In this document: positions 9,472 to 19,096 of the stretch, one piece after another
Numbering within the stretch: the first letter of the stretch is position 1
How the letters are laid out: each line of letters begins with the position of its first letter
From: Minisyncoccia bacterium
GTDB taxonomy: Bacteria > Patescibacteriota > Minisyncoccia > Phycocordibacterales > SBAW01
NCBI GenBank assembly: GCA_049997855.1
Contig: JBEKSG010000003.1
Location: 4,154-68,153, forward strand
Direction of reading: 5' to 3'
DNA: 64,000 nucleotides
Translations under genes and position numbers: made by a program
The notes under the pieces: model-generated
Told to the model about the DNA's origin: nothing
The model's input: the letters and a program-made list of their open reading frames with translations, nothing else
The model's database searches: none

Positions 9472-9783
9472 GCTGTTAACATTATTAATGATAATCAAAC
9501 AGATTCGACCTCTCGCTATTATTATAACCCCGCGATTGAGTTTCATCACAACACTCACTTCAGCGGTGATATAATGCAGCGCATGATTAAGCGTCTTCCG
9601 CTCTCCGTGTATGCCGTCGGTGTCCTCGTCGCGTGGGCGATTGTTCTGTTTGTCGTGTCGCAATTTAGCCCAACAAACTTCGAGACAGCCATCGTTCTCT
9701 GCACCGGTTTCTTTCTGGGTGTGCTGTATATGTATCTCCGTATACGCGTATCACACCTCGATAAGTGAGGAGCCGAAAAAACG

Positions 9784-9857
9784 GGGTGCCTACTGGGAAT
9801 CGAACCCAGATTGCGAGTTCCACAAACTCGAGTGTTGACCTTTACACCATAGGCACC
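9784..9857 (-). tRNA. tRNA-His (anticodon GTG)
   Basis: Hand-folded cloverleaf with anticodon loop TTGTGGA, T-loop GGTTCGATTCC and no encoded CCA. Confidence 0.8.
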
Positions 9858-9932
9858 ATGTGCGCGCCAAAAAAATCTAGCGCTAGGCTCTATATATATC
9901 TTTTTTAAGGTTAAAAGTCGAGACCGGTTTAT

Positions 9933-10979
9933 TTACGGGTGGAAGAAAAACGCGACTGCAATGATGGCGTACGCGGCGAGGAGTTGCACGCCCTCAAACC
10001 AGTTGCTCTCACCGTCTTCGGCAACGGCGTTGACGATAAACACCGAGAGGATGATAGCCGCAAGCTCGAACGTGTTAAACACGAGCGCCATGTGCTCGGT
10101 AAACAAGAGGCTCGCGAGCACCAAGACGGGCGCGGCAAACATAGCTATCTGGATGGCCGACCCTATAGACACTTGGAGTGCGAGATCCATGCGGTTTTTG
10201 AGCGCAACCGTTATTGCCGATACGTGCTCGGCAGCGTTGCCGATGATAGCGATAAAAATAACACCGATAAACAACTCGCTCCATCCCCACGCTGCCACTA
10301 ACGGCTCGATGGCGCCAACCAATAACTCACTCATGTATGCAACGGTGATCGTTGATACAAAAAGTATCACAATGCTTTCGGTAACGCTCCATCGTGGCTC
10401 ATATTTGGTAACCTCCTCTTCGTACAAATGTTTATGTGTGTGGAGCGTAAACCAAAGGTTGGCAACATACGCCGCTATCATAATAATGGCAACAATGATC
10501 GAAAGTTGCTCGACAATAGCCGGCGAAACGGCGTTGGACGATTGCAAAAAGATGGCCGGCATCACGAGCGCGATAATTGCAAGGAGGAGTGTCGAGCCGG
10601 CTGCCTTGGCGGCTGTTGCGTTAAACGTTTGCTTGTTCTTTCTCCACCCGCCAAAAAGGATTGCCGTGCCGAGCACCAAGAGTAAGTTGCCCACAATGGA
10701 GCCGGTGATAGACGCTTTAACCACCTCGATGAGTCCCGCGCGCAAAGCAAAGATGCCGATAATGAGCTCGGTCGCGTTGCCAAATGTTGCGTTTAAGAGT
10801 CCGCCGAGTGCGGGATTGGTGCGGCCAGCAAGTTCTTCGGTTGCCTCGCCGATATATTTGGCGAGCGGCACGATGGCAAGCGCCGAGAGAAAAAACACCG
10901 CTTGTGGCGCAACTCCCGCATAGTAGGCCAGCACGGTTACTGGCACAAACACGAGTAGACCCAAAAAAAGTTTGTCCAT
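9933..10979 (-). CDS. Ca2+/H+ antiporter (CaCA family)
   Basis: 348 aa with about 10 TM helices and two alpha-repeat signatures (GNATELIIGIFALRAG; GNAAEHVSAITVALKN). Confidence 0.85.
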   Translation of the reverse strand: MDKLFLGLLVFVPVTVLAYYAGVAPQAVFFLSALAIVPLAKYIGEATEELAGRTNPALGGLLNATFGNATELIIGIFALRAGLIEVVKASITGSIVGNLLLVLGTAILFGGWRKNKQTFNATAAKAAGSTLLLAIIALVMPAIFLQSSNAVSPAIVEQLSIIVAIIMIAAYVANLWFTLHTHKHLYEEEVTKYEPRWSVTESIVILFVSTITVAYMSELLVGAIEPLVAAWGWSELFIGVIFIAIIGNAAEHVSAITVALKNRMDLALQVSIGSAIQIAMFAAPVLVLASLLFTEHMALVFNTFELAAIILSVFIVNAVAEDGESNWFEGVQLLAAYAIIAVAFFFHP

Positions 10980-11003
10980 ATATATGCCTAGCTTATCAAG
11001 CTA

Positions 11004-11312
11004 TTGTACAATACAAAGGTCATGCAATACTTCCATCAAGCAACTTATGGTAATGCGGGCAGCGTGCACACGCGACAGCCGCAGATGGTCATGCAAGGCA
11101 ACGCCGTATACAACACGCGCTATAACCCCGCCGGCGCCTCGGCGCATCCGGTGTATATGGTGCACGGCGGTCAGATGTATCGCACCGCGTTTCATCCGGA
11201 GGGAAAAAGTGAGCATCCGCTCTATGAAATCCGCGGCGACAAAGTGCACACCACGGTGTTCCACCCCGAACACAATCCAAGCCAGCATGTGTTTGAGCTG
11301 CGTTCAAAATAA
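11004..11312 (+). CDS. small His/Pro-rich repeat protein
   Basis: 102 aa with about three 22-aa repeats of the pattern S-x-HP-x-Y...FHPE; unknown family. Confidence 0.35.
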   Translation: MYNTKVMQYFHQATYGNAGSVHTRQPQMVMQGNAVYNTRYNPAGASAHPVYMVHGGQMYRTAFHPEGKSEHPLYEIRGDKVHTTVFHPEHNPSQHVFELRSK

Positions 11313-11457
11313 AAAATTGTATTTGGTCACAAATAACTTTTTGCCGTCGCAAAAAGTTTTTGCGACCCCGACTCGCGGTTCCGCTTGCTAGCGGAACATC
11401 GCTCCGTCCCACAAAAAGCAGAAAAACCCGCTCAAGCGGGATGTTTCTGTCTTTTTG

Positions 11458-11539
11458 TGCCCGGGAGAGGACTTGAACCTCCATGCCTTGCGGCACATCC
11501 ACCTCAAGGATGCTTGTATACCAATTTCAACACCCGGGC
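11458..11539 (-). tRNA. tRNA-Leu (anticodon GAG)
   Basis: Hand-folded cloverleaf with a long variable arm and anticodon loop TTGAGGT. Confidence 0.8.
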
Positions 11540-11548
11540 AGGTATTTA

Positions 11549-12037
11549 TTATGCCTCAGACTTTTCGGTTTGAGGAGCGTCTGAAACTTCTGCTTCAACA
11601 ATCGGAGCTACCTCATCGTCAATAACGGCAACACGCGGAGCGACGGCTTGCTGGCGGCGCATTGCGCGCTTAACCTCGCTCGTGGCTTTTTCGCGGATAA
11701 AATAAAGCTTGGCGCGGCGCGTGCGGCTGCGGCGCAAAACTTCTATGGAGTCTATCATCGGCGAATAGAGCGGGAAAATTTTTTCGACTCCTACGCCCGA
11801 AGAAACTTTGCGGACGGTAAACATCGCGCCCGGCTCGGTGCCGTGCTTGACCGCCAATACCAAGCCCTCAAAAGCTTGTTTGCGGATGTTTTTGGTCGTG
11901 ACCATTTTTTTGTTGGCGCCCTTGCCCGTTTTTAGCTCCTCAATTTTTTGCCAGACGCGCACGGTATCGCCCGAGCGGAGACGCAGGCTTGCGCGTTCCT
12001 TTATATCAACAGGAGTGTGTTTTACGCCGGATTTCAT
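11549..12037 (-). CDS. rplS: 50S ribosomal protein L19
   Basis: L19 core (RSGDTVRV...FTVRK...GVEKIFPLYSP) with an acidic C-terminal extension. Confidence 0.85.
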   Translation of the reverse strand: MKSGVKHTPVDIKERASLRLRSGDTVRVWQKIEELKTGKGANKKMVTTKNIRKQAFEGLVLAVKHGTEPGAMFTVRKVSSGVGVEKIFPLYSPMIDSIEVLRRSRTRRAKLYFIREKATSEVKRAMRRQQAVAPRVAVIDDEVAPIVEAEVSDAPQTEKSEA

Positions 12038-12049
12038 TGCTCAAAGACT

Positions 12050-12805
12050 TTAACATATAAGGACAAACAGTGCAAAACTCTCTTTTTTTCTTAATGCAAT
12101 GTTAGCCGAAAGTAGTTTCTCAGCCCGTATAAAATCCTCCGGCAAGGGCGCCTCAAACTTCATCTTCTTGCCGTTAGGATGGGTAAAAACGATAGAGAAT
12201 GCGTGCAGTGCCAGCCGCTCGAAACCTAAAATTTTAGGGCGGCTCAGCGCGTAGAGTTGGTCGGCAACAATAGGATGCTGCACCGCGCTCAAGTGCACGC
12301 GTATCTGGTGCGTGCGCCCGGTTTTTGGGAACACCTCTATCTCAGTAGCAAGAGTAGCTCTTGCTACGACGCGATAGGCCGTGGTAGCCTCGCGCACGGT
12401 GCCATGCGGCAGCTTTGCCGAGCGCGGCCCGCGGCCACCACGGCTGCTGCCTATCGGTTTGTCGATGACTCCCCTGTCTTTGGTAATCGAGCCGTATACA
12501 AACGCGCGATAGGTTTTTTGTATCTCGTGCTCGGCAAATTGCTTTTTTAAAAACTCATATGCGGCCTCGGTCCGCGCCACCACCAATACGCCTGATGTTT
12601 CTCGGTCGATGCGATGCACAAAATGAAAGCCTGCCTGCGCAGGCAGGTTGCCTACACCATATTTTTTTTCAAGCCAATAACTCAAAGCCGGGTACTCATG
12701 CTTGCCGTCGGGATATACAATCATCCCAGCCGGTTTGTTGATGATCAGTATCTCGGCATCTTCATACATAATTTTAGGCTCCTGCATATTTATATATTCT
12801 CCCAT
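12050..12805 (-). CDS. RluA-family pseudouridine synthase
   Basis: Catalytic motif HRIDRETSGVLVVA; no S4 domain. Confidence 0.8.
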   Translation of the reverse strand: MGEYINMQEPKIMYEDAEILIINKPAGMIVYPDGKHEYPALSYWLEKKYGVGNLPAQAGFHFVHRIDRETSGVLVVARTEAAYEFLKKQFAEHEIQKTYRAFVYGSITKDRGVIDKPIGSSRGGRGPRSAKLPHGTVREATTAYRVVARATLATEIEVFPKTGRTHQIRVHLSAVQHPIVADQLYALSRPKILGFERLALHAFSIVFTHPNGKKMKFEAPLPEDFIRAEKLLSANIALRKKESFALFVLIC

Positions 12806-13002
12806 TCGTTACTTGAAATACCGGCTTGACGTAAAATCTCTGACAGTAAAGAGGATGAGATATCATTGTGATGTGGATTGGGAATATGGATTTTAAGAGT
12901 ATCGCGAACCATAAAAAGATGCCGACCTCCCGAGTAGGGGCCGTCAAAACCGAGCCGTCTAAACTTTTGAACTAGTTTTCGCCAAGAGATGCTCCTAGCC
13001 AT
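12790..13002 (-). CDS. hicA: HicA toxin (mRNA interferase)
   Basis: 70 aa with a HicA/YcfA pattern (WRKLVQKFRRLGF...IPNPHHNDI...LLSEILRQAGIS). Confidence 0.75.
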   Translation of the reverse strand: MARSISWRKLVQKFRRLGFDGPYSGGRHLFMVRDTLKIHIPNPHHNDISSSLLSEILRQAGISSNEWENI

Positions 13003-13240
13003 TCTTAACCAACGAGCGACGATCGGTCTTTATTTGAAAGCCGGGGACCACTTCTCTGCTCTGCACTTTGAGAAGGAGCCAATCCTCAAGCACTTCACGG
13101 AGTTCAACCCGACAAGCAACCAAAGTGCGCGCATTGGCCCACACGCCGCGCACGCCGGAAATCTCACCAAAATAGCTACCGTCTTTGAGGCGCTTATAGC
13201 GAGCTTGTTTGAGTTTTTTGGAGAGAAATTCGGTCAACAT
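12995..13240 (-). CDS. hicB: HicB-like antitoxin
   Basis: 81 aa ORF overlapping the hicA start by 8 nt, with a HicB-like EVLEDWL motif. Confidence 0.6.
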   Translation of the reverse strand: MLTEFLSKKLKQARYKRLKDGSYFGEISGVRGVWANARTLVACRVELREVLEDWLLLKVQSREVVPGFQIKTDRRSLVKNG

Positions 13241-13288
13241 GATGTAGCCATCATAACAAAAAAGGTCCGCGCAGGCAACGACACAGAC

Positions 13289-13702
13289 CTAGTCAAGCTG
13301 TTTTATCAAGTCAACAACTTTTTCTTTTATTAAATCACGTATATTTGCATGAAAGAGCGCGCCAGTGCCGCCAGCGTCCGAAACATCCCAAAGTTCAAGT
13401 TTTGGTGAGCGAAGTAAATAATCGGGGAGCTCCTCCTTGGCGTTTAAAGCAATCACCTTATCTGCTTTTGCGACCAGTGCGGGCGTGAGTTTATTTCTCA
13501 ATTTTTTTCTTACATCAATCCCCACATCGTCCATTGCCGCAATTACTTTTTCTGTAACGTTTGATATGGGTTGATTTTCCTCCTCTAGCTCAACATGCGT
13601 GCCTGCGCTAAAGGCTTCGTGCTATGGCGCAAGATCAGCCAAAAACGCCTCCGCCATTTGGCTACGTCCGACATTTGCTTTACAGATAAATAAAACTTTC
13701 AT
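13289..13702 (-). pseudogene. low-molecular-weight protein-tyrosine-phosphatase / ArsC-family protein interrupted by an in-frame TAG
   Basis: Hand translation gives MKVLFICKANVGRSQMAEAFLADLAP-TAG-HEAFSAGTH..., which runs in frame into ORF 13289..13534. The CX5R(S) P-loop is intact. Confidence 0.6.
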
Positions 13703-13703
13703 G

Positions 13704-13776
13704 TGCACGCTGCAGGACTCGAACCTGCGACCATCCCGGTGTAAACGGGGCGCTCTACCAACTGAGCTAAGCGTGC
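13704..13776 (-). tRNA. tRNA-Val (anticodon TAC)
   Basis: Hand-folded cloverleaf with anticodon loop TTTACAC and T-loop GGTTCGAGTCC. Confidence 0.8.
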
Positions 13777-13857
13777 AACGCGCACTTTAATGCACGCCTT
13801 TATTTATACCCGTTTTTGAATGATTGTCACTGCATGCGAGCCAGAGGCGAAACCTCC

Positions 13858-15996
13858 TTACCACCCCCAATACCACCCCCAAGAGGAAGAAGCCTTAACC
13901 ACGACCCTTACCCACTGTGAAGATGGCAACCATCTGGCTGTGGGATATTGATTTGTTCTAGTAACCGGGAGGAAGTAGTACGTCCCGGCAGTTGTAGGTG
14001 TAAAGGTAAAGTTGAGCGGATTCTGCACGGCGGTGCCTACATCCGAGCCGGTTTCCAAACCGATGATTTCAGCGGCAGGAGAAGGAGGAATTTCGTTGAT
14101 GGAGTCCATGAGGAGCTGGTCGCCCGTGCCGGGAGTAAATGTTGCGTGGATGGTAGTCGATTGGCCGGTGTACAGGGTAGTTGCACCTGCCGAGATGGTC
14201 ATCGTGGGCGGAGCTGCCGGAGTAGTCGGGGTCGGAAACACCTTGGGCGAGCCAACGAGAAGCGTCATAACTGTCGGATCGCTTAGGTCTATGCCATAGG
14301 CATAGAGCGTGTGCGAAGCGGTCAGATACGATGCCGGCAATTGATACACGAATCCGTGATTGCCCGTGACATGCATGACACTATCCACATCAGGCCGTGA
14401 GGTGTTGGCAGGGATTGTGGCAACCAGTGTCCCGACACCCTTCGGGCCATCCGCATAGATGGCGACATTGACGGACGTGGAGGATGCATTGGGATCAAGC
14501 GACCATCCCGAGAGGACTCCTGCACTGCTTACAGAGTCAAAAAAACCGATAGGGGGGATGTTGTTCGGTGCAACGACGCTTACTGTAACTTGAGCGGTAT
14601 TGGAACCTTGTGCATTGGATGCAGTGAGGGTGTAAGTCGTCGTCTGCGACGGAGTAACTTGCACCGAAGTGCCGGTTACCGCGCCGATGCCGGATATGGA
14701 GAGCGACGTCGCTCCCGAAACAGACCATGAGAGCGTGATGCTTTGACCTTGGGTGACCGATGCGGGCGTTGAAACGAATGATGAGACGGTGGGAAGTGGA
14801 GGTGCGAGATTGGCAGAGCAATTAATACTTGGCAGGGTAACTCCCTTCCATGCCGCAACCGCTTGTTGCACGGCAGCCATCGGACCGCAGCCGAGCGCGA
14901 CAGACGGCTCGAGATCGTTGGAGAAGTTTGTCGTGTCTTGGTCGGAATGGATCCACTCGTTAAACTGGGTCAGGATGATGATTTCCGGATTATAGCTTAT
15001 GGCGGTGCTCCATTGCTTGTTGAAGGTAACCGCATAGTTGGAGGCCGTGCTCGAAGCATTTGTCGTGCCGTCGCGGCCTGCCAGCGTTGGGACACCGTCA
15101 TAGGTAGCAGGACAGCCAGCAGTAGTCCATCCGCAACCCGGATACGCTTGAGTCACGGTTATCGCCTCGACGCTGCCACTGCTATTGGAAGGCCGCGGAT
15201 TGCGGTCTTCCCAGCTCCAAATATCGCTGTTGCCCAAACCTTTTAGATACGGCTGTTCAAAAACCGACACGAACCTCACGGTAAAGCGCGAATCGTTCCA
15301 TGCCGGATTGATGACGCTTCCTTTAGCAGTAGGAATCCCGGTATACACAAGGAGCAGCGGTTTGCCGTTGAGTGAATAATAGATGTTGGGATATTGCGTG
15401 TACATCTGGTATGCGTAATCCGCTTCATTTTGGAGAATTGACTCACCGTTTAATTGGGGGAATTTCGTATTGATGACTTGGCTTTGGGTTATGCTGCCTT
15501 CGTCTTGCGCTGCCAGTGTTATCGCGATTCTCGGATACGGCTTGCCCTCATTTAAGAGGTTTTGATACTCGGTGAACAGAACGCTGGTATTTGTGCGCGA
15601 AATAGTTTCGGGCGATGTATTGCCCGCAACATAATTTGCAGCGCTATTGGTCCAGTCAAGGATGACGAAGTTTACGCCAAGATCGTTCAGCCATTCCGCA
15701 TGCTTGTCGATAATAGCCGTATTGGTCGAGGTGTAATCGCCGAGAAGCGGCGTGCTCCATGTGCCCCAATTAGGGTCAGTCCATAGGTTACCATTGCCTA
15801 GTGACGGGAACCATATTTCGTACTCCATCGCGATGCACTTTGATGTGCAGTTTGGCGTTACCGCGGAGAGTGCCACTGCCGCGCTCTGAGAAGCATTATT
15901 ACGTACATAAAATACACCGAACGCGGCGACTGCCAAGACAATCACAACAACTATTAAAAGCAACCATGTGTTGCGTCCCCATGTAAATTTCTTCAT
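13858..15996 (-). CDS. secreted multidomain protein with glycoside-hydrolase-like TIM-barrel region and Ig-like domains
   Basis: 712 aa with a signal anchor, an N-terminal region suggestive of a glycosyl hydrolase (DLGVNFVILDWTNS..., EW...QFNEW) and C-terminal beta-sandwich repeats. Confidence 0.4.
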   Translation of the reverse strand: MKKFTWGRNTWLLLIVVVIVLAVAAFGVFYVRNNASQSAAVALSAVTPNCTSKCIAMEYEIWFPSLGNGNLWTDPNWGTWSTPLLGDYTSTNTAIIDKHAEWLNDLGVNFVILDWTNSAANYVAGNTSPETISRTNTSVLFTEYQNLLNEGKPYPRIAITLAAQDEGSITQSQVINTKFPQLNGESILQNEADYAYQMYTQYPNIYYSLNGKPLLLVYTGIPTAKGSVINPAWNDSRFTVRFVSVFEQPYLKGLGNSDIWSWEDRNPRPSNSSGSVEAITVTQAYPGCGWTTAGCPATYDGVPTLAGRDGTTNASSTASNYAVTFNKQWSTAISYNPEIIILTQFNEWIHSDQDTTNFSNDLEPSVALGCGPMAAVQQAVAAWKGVTLPSINCSANLAPPLPTVSSFVSTPASVTQGQSITLSWSVSGATSLSISGIGAVTGTSVQVTPSQTTTYTLTASNAQGSNTAQVTVSVVAPNNIPPIGFFDSVSSAGVLSGWSLDPNASSTSVNVAIYADGPKGVGTLVATIPANTSRPDVDSVMHVTGNHGFVYQLPASYLTASHTLYAYGIDLSDPTVMTLLVGSPKVFPTPTTPAAPPTMTISAGATTLYTGQSTTIHATFTPGTGDQLLMDSINEIPPSPAAEIIGLETGSDVGTAVQNPLNFTFTPTTAGTYYFLPVTRTNQYPTARWLPSSQWVRVVVKASSSWGWYWGW

Positions 15997-16060
15997 GTCT
16001 TTAGTATAACATGCCTAAAAAGCATAGGGGGAGTATACGCCTCCTCAAGCGGCTCATTGG

Positions 16061-16132
16061 TGCCCCCGCGAGGAATCGAACCTCGAATAGCGGCTTAGAA
16101 GTCCGCAGTTATATCCATTTAACTACAGGGGC
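16061..16132 (-). tRNA. tRNA-Arg (anticodon TCT)
   Basis: Hand-folded with anticodon loop CTTCTAA. Confidence 0.75.
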
Positions 16133-16194
16133 GTAGGTGCTATGGGTGCCAAACACTGGCACAATACCATAGTACCGCTATTATTACGTGACAT

Positions 16195-16689
16195 ATGTTT
16201 TTGCGCGAATCGTATTGGCACGAACTTTTTGAAACGGGCGTTTTGCTCAAGGCTTTTAACAGCGCGTGGGAAATTACGGGCGGTTTTCTCCTCCTGGCCA
16301 ACGTGCGCGGCTGGTTCCCCCACTTGTTTGTGTTGCTCACGCGCGCAGTGTTTTTGGGCGGCCACGGCGGCTTGGTGCTCAATATTGTTAATGCTCATGT
16401 GCACAACCTCGCACCCGGCACGCAGCTTTTTGTCGCCGCTTACTTGCTCTTCCACGGCATGATGAATCTCTTTCTTTCTTACAACTTATACAAAAACCAT
16501 CTATGGGCATATTCTTTTACCGCGGTGTTTACGAGCACGTTCCTTATATATCAGGTGTATCGTCTCGCACATACCCACTCGCTGGTGCTCTTTATCGTAA
16601 GCATCCTCGACTTTATCTTTATCATCCTCACCTGGCACGAGTACAAACATCAACTCGCTAAAGCAACACGCCATGCATCTCACGCTTGA
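16195..16689 (+). CDS. DUF2127-like membrane protein
   Basis: 164 aa polytopic membrane protein with several predicted TM helices. Confidence 0.35.
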   Translation: MFLRESYWHELFETGVLLKAFNSAWEITGGFLLLANVRGWFPHLFVLLTRAVFLGGHGGLVLNIVNAHVHNLAPGTQLFVAAYLLFHGMMNLFLSYNLYKNHLWAYSFTAVFTSTFLIYQVYRLAHTHSLVLFIVSILDFIFIILTWHEYKHQLAKATRHASHA

Positions 16690-17272
16690 CCCGCTCGCGA
16701 TTATCACGACGCTCGGCTATGTTGGGCTTTTGGCAATTATATTTGCAGAGTCGGGGCTTTTTTTTGGATTCTTTTTCCCCGGCGACAGCCTCCTTTTTAC
16801 TGCGGGGCTCCTTGCAGCCACGCATGTGCTCAACCTTCCTGTGCTTTTGGTGCTGGTGCCGCTCGCTGCAATCCTCGGCGACTCGGCGGGTTACGCGTTT
16901 GGCGCATGGATCGGTCCTAAGATTTTTACCAAAGAGGATTCGTTTTTCTTTAACAAGCGGCACATCGAACGCTCCGAGGAGTTTTACGAAAAATACGGCG
17001 CGCGAGCGCTTGTGTTGGCACGTTTTGTCCCGGTGGTGCGCACCTTTGTGCCGATAGTCGCCGGCGTGGGCAGGATGGCTTACGCCACTTTTATCATCTT
17101 CAACGGCATCGGCGGCCTTTTGTGGGGCTTGAGCATCACGCTGCTCGGTTACTTTTTAGGCAATGCCTTCCCTGCCACAGAGAATTATTTTACGCCGATT
17201 ATTGTGCTTATCGTTTTTATATCAATCCTGCCCATCGTGCGCGAGCTCTGGCTCGCGCACAAAAAAACATAA
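16673..17272 (+). CDS. DedA-family (SNARE-associated) membrane protein
   Basis: DedA signature (FFFPGDSLLF...ARFVPVVRTFVPIVAGVGRM). Confidence 0.8.
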   Translation: MHLTLDPLAIITTLGYVGLLAIIFAESGLFFGFFFPGDSLLFTAGLLAATHVLNLPVLLVLVPLAAILGDSAGYAFGAWIGPKIFTKEDSFFFNKRHIERSEEFYEKYGARALVLARFVPVVRTFVPIVAGVGRMAYATFIIFNGIGGLLWGLSITLLGYFLGNAFPATENYFTPIIVLIVFISILPIVRELWLAHKKT

Positions 17273-17300
17273 ACAAAACAATGAGCGTTAAGTACCATGG

Positions 17301-17756
17301 TTAATCAATTTCATAATTTTTATGATTTTTTATCCGATCAAGATAACTTTGTAATATCACCGCCGCCGCCGAGGCATCGAGCTTTGACTCCGACGCTTTG
17401 GTCGGAGCCCCGACCCTTTCAGGGCGTCGGGGTTGGCTATAGTCATGGTACTGCCGCGCGGCGGCAGCGCTGCTTAAAAATTCTGCCTCGTACACCACCG
17501 GCACACCTGCAACCTCCTCTAAGTCTTTTTTAAACCGCTCGATGTCCTCCATCACTTTGTTGGCCTCGCCCTTAAAATTGCGTGACTCTCCCAAAATTAT
17601 TTTTTGCGCGCTTTCTTTTTGAGCTATCGCGGCTATCTCGCCCACCGTATGCGGCCCGGCGACAATAGTAACGAGCGGGAAAGCGATTGAGCCGCTCTCA
17701 TCGGAGCGGGCAAGCCCAATGCGTTTGGTGCCGTAGTCGATGCCAATATATTTCAT
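17301..17756 (-). CDS. ruvX: Holliday junction resolvase-like protein YqgF/RuvX
   Basis: MKYIGIDYGTKRIGLARSD N-terminus; the start is placed at the internal Met because the upstream extension overlaps tRNA-Ser. Confidence 0.8.
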   Translation of the reverse strand: MKYIGIDYGTKRIGLARSDESGSIAFPLVTIVAGPHTVGEIAAIAQKESAQKIILGESRNFKGEANKVMEDIERFKKDLEEVAGVPVVYEAEFLSSAAAARQYHDYSQPRRPERVGAPTKASESKLDASAAAVILQSYLDRIKNHKNYEID

Positions 17757-17808
17757 TGCCCCCTTAGCATAGCCAATAAAGCACAAAAAGTGTATTGTTT
17801 CGTTTATT

Positions 17809-17896
17809 GGAGGGGTGCGTGAGTGGTTGAAACGAACAGTTTTGAAAACTGTCATACCGCAAGGTATCGAGAGTCCGAATCTCTCCCCCTCCGCCA
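17809..17896 (+). tRNA. tRNA-Ser (anticodon TGA), CCA encoded
   Basis: GGAGGGG acceptor stem, anticodon loop TTTGAAA, long variable arm, T-loop GAGTCCGAATC and a terminal GCCA. Confidence 0.85.
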
Positions 17897-17965
17897 GAGC
17901 AAAAGGAAGCGAGTGATCCGAGAGCTTCGGCAAAATTCTCCTGACCGCATCAAAAGGACTTGTTG

Positions 17966-18031
17966 GGGGTTGGCCTCAAACCTCTGAATCCTGACTAGCT
18001 CGCAGTCAGACTTTTGTATCGGACCAACCCC
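17966..18031. other. structured intergenic element (long hairpin)
   Basis: An 8 bp closing stem (GGGGTTGG / CCAACCCC) encloses a nested 6 bp hairpin (CTGACT / AGTCAG); function unknown. Confidence 0.25.
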
Positions 18032-18322
18032 GCGGCCTTAGAAGCGAAGGTGCAACCTTGAGGGTTGTTTGGCTTAGATAGAAAAAACCCAGCGTCGACT
18101 GATGACGTTGGGTGTCAGGTGAGCAATCAGCCTTGGAACAGATGGATGAGGCCGCCTATTATTGCGATGAATAAGCTGCTGTACGCCACCACATTCAGAA
18201 TTGGAATCCATCGCTCTGCGAAACGATGTGACTGCTCGCTGCGAGCATATGCATCCGCAATTGCTGTTGCGTATGCGGCTTTATCTTCCTCAGATAGACT
18301 CATTGGTATCTCCTGGGTTGCG

Positions 18323-18685
18323 TTACTTGAAGAGAAGATAACCGTTGTAGCACAGCGCGATAATCCAAAACCCGATAATGATCGCGGCGAGGGGTATGAA
18401 TGAGAACCGCGTTGACCATTTGCTCCGGCGCTTATTGCCAAAATCGGGATCACTGAATATGCGAATACGGACTCTGTTCGTTTCAGAATCGGTATCGAGC
18501 CCCTCAAGCGCCGCCGATTTTCCATCCAAATAATCTGTCCATTCATTGGCACGAATCGCGCCGAGCAAGACAGCGTAATGGACAAGAATGCCCACAAGGC
18601 TCAGCAATGACTTCACTCCCGAAGATTGTGAGCTAGCCAGCACGATAGGTATCGCAATGGCATTAAATGTTAGAAACAATTGCAA
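18323..18685 (-). CDS. hypothetical membrane protein
   Basis: 120 aa with TM helices at both ends; an overlapping alternative-frame ORF (18127..18597) is mostly low-complexity. Confidence 0.3.
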   Translation of the reverse strand: MQLFLTFNAIAIPIVLASSQSSGVKSLLSLVGILVHYAVLLGAIRANEWTDYLDGKSAALEGLDTDSETNRVRIRIFSDPDFGNKRRSKWSTRFSFIPLAAIIIGFWIIALCYNGYLLFK

Positions 18686-19096
18686 CCGGGCCCATTGTCC
18701 TTAAACATAACCGTTACGCAAGGTCGCAAGAGCGGCATATATACTCGGTTCGCCGTTTTGCATCGAACTCTCCTGTGATGACCTATTCCGAGTCCATTAT
18801 ATCATAATTCAGAACTTAAATCAAAAAACTGTACTCGTCCACCACATTTGGCACTCAGACGCTGTTAATGTACTCACAATATACTGCAACGGGAAGCGCA
18901 TTCCAAGGCTCTCATGCGGGCGCTCTCTAATACCCTTTCTTGCAATATTATTAGTTTGGTATAACTTTTTAAAGAAAATAAGGCGAGCTCCTCCGAAGGA
19001 GCCCGCCTTTATTTACACATGGAACAGCTACTACGGTCGCTCACGTGGAGGCTTTTTTATTTATTTACCTGCGGGTTATACTTCGAGCTGGAAGTC

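Noticed and set aside
9961-10923. 320 aa plus-strand ORF
   Set aside because: It is antisense to the CaCA antiporter gene.
18690-19018. yybP-ykoY Mn riboswitch upstream of mntH
   Set aside because: The conserved GGGGAGUAG-type L1 motif was not found by eye. It is left as an open check rather than a call.
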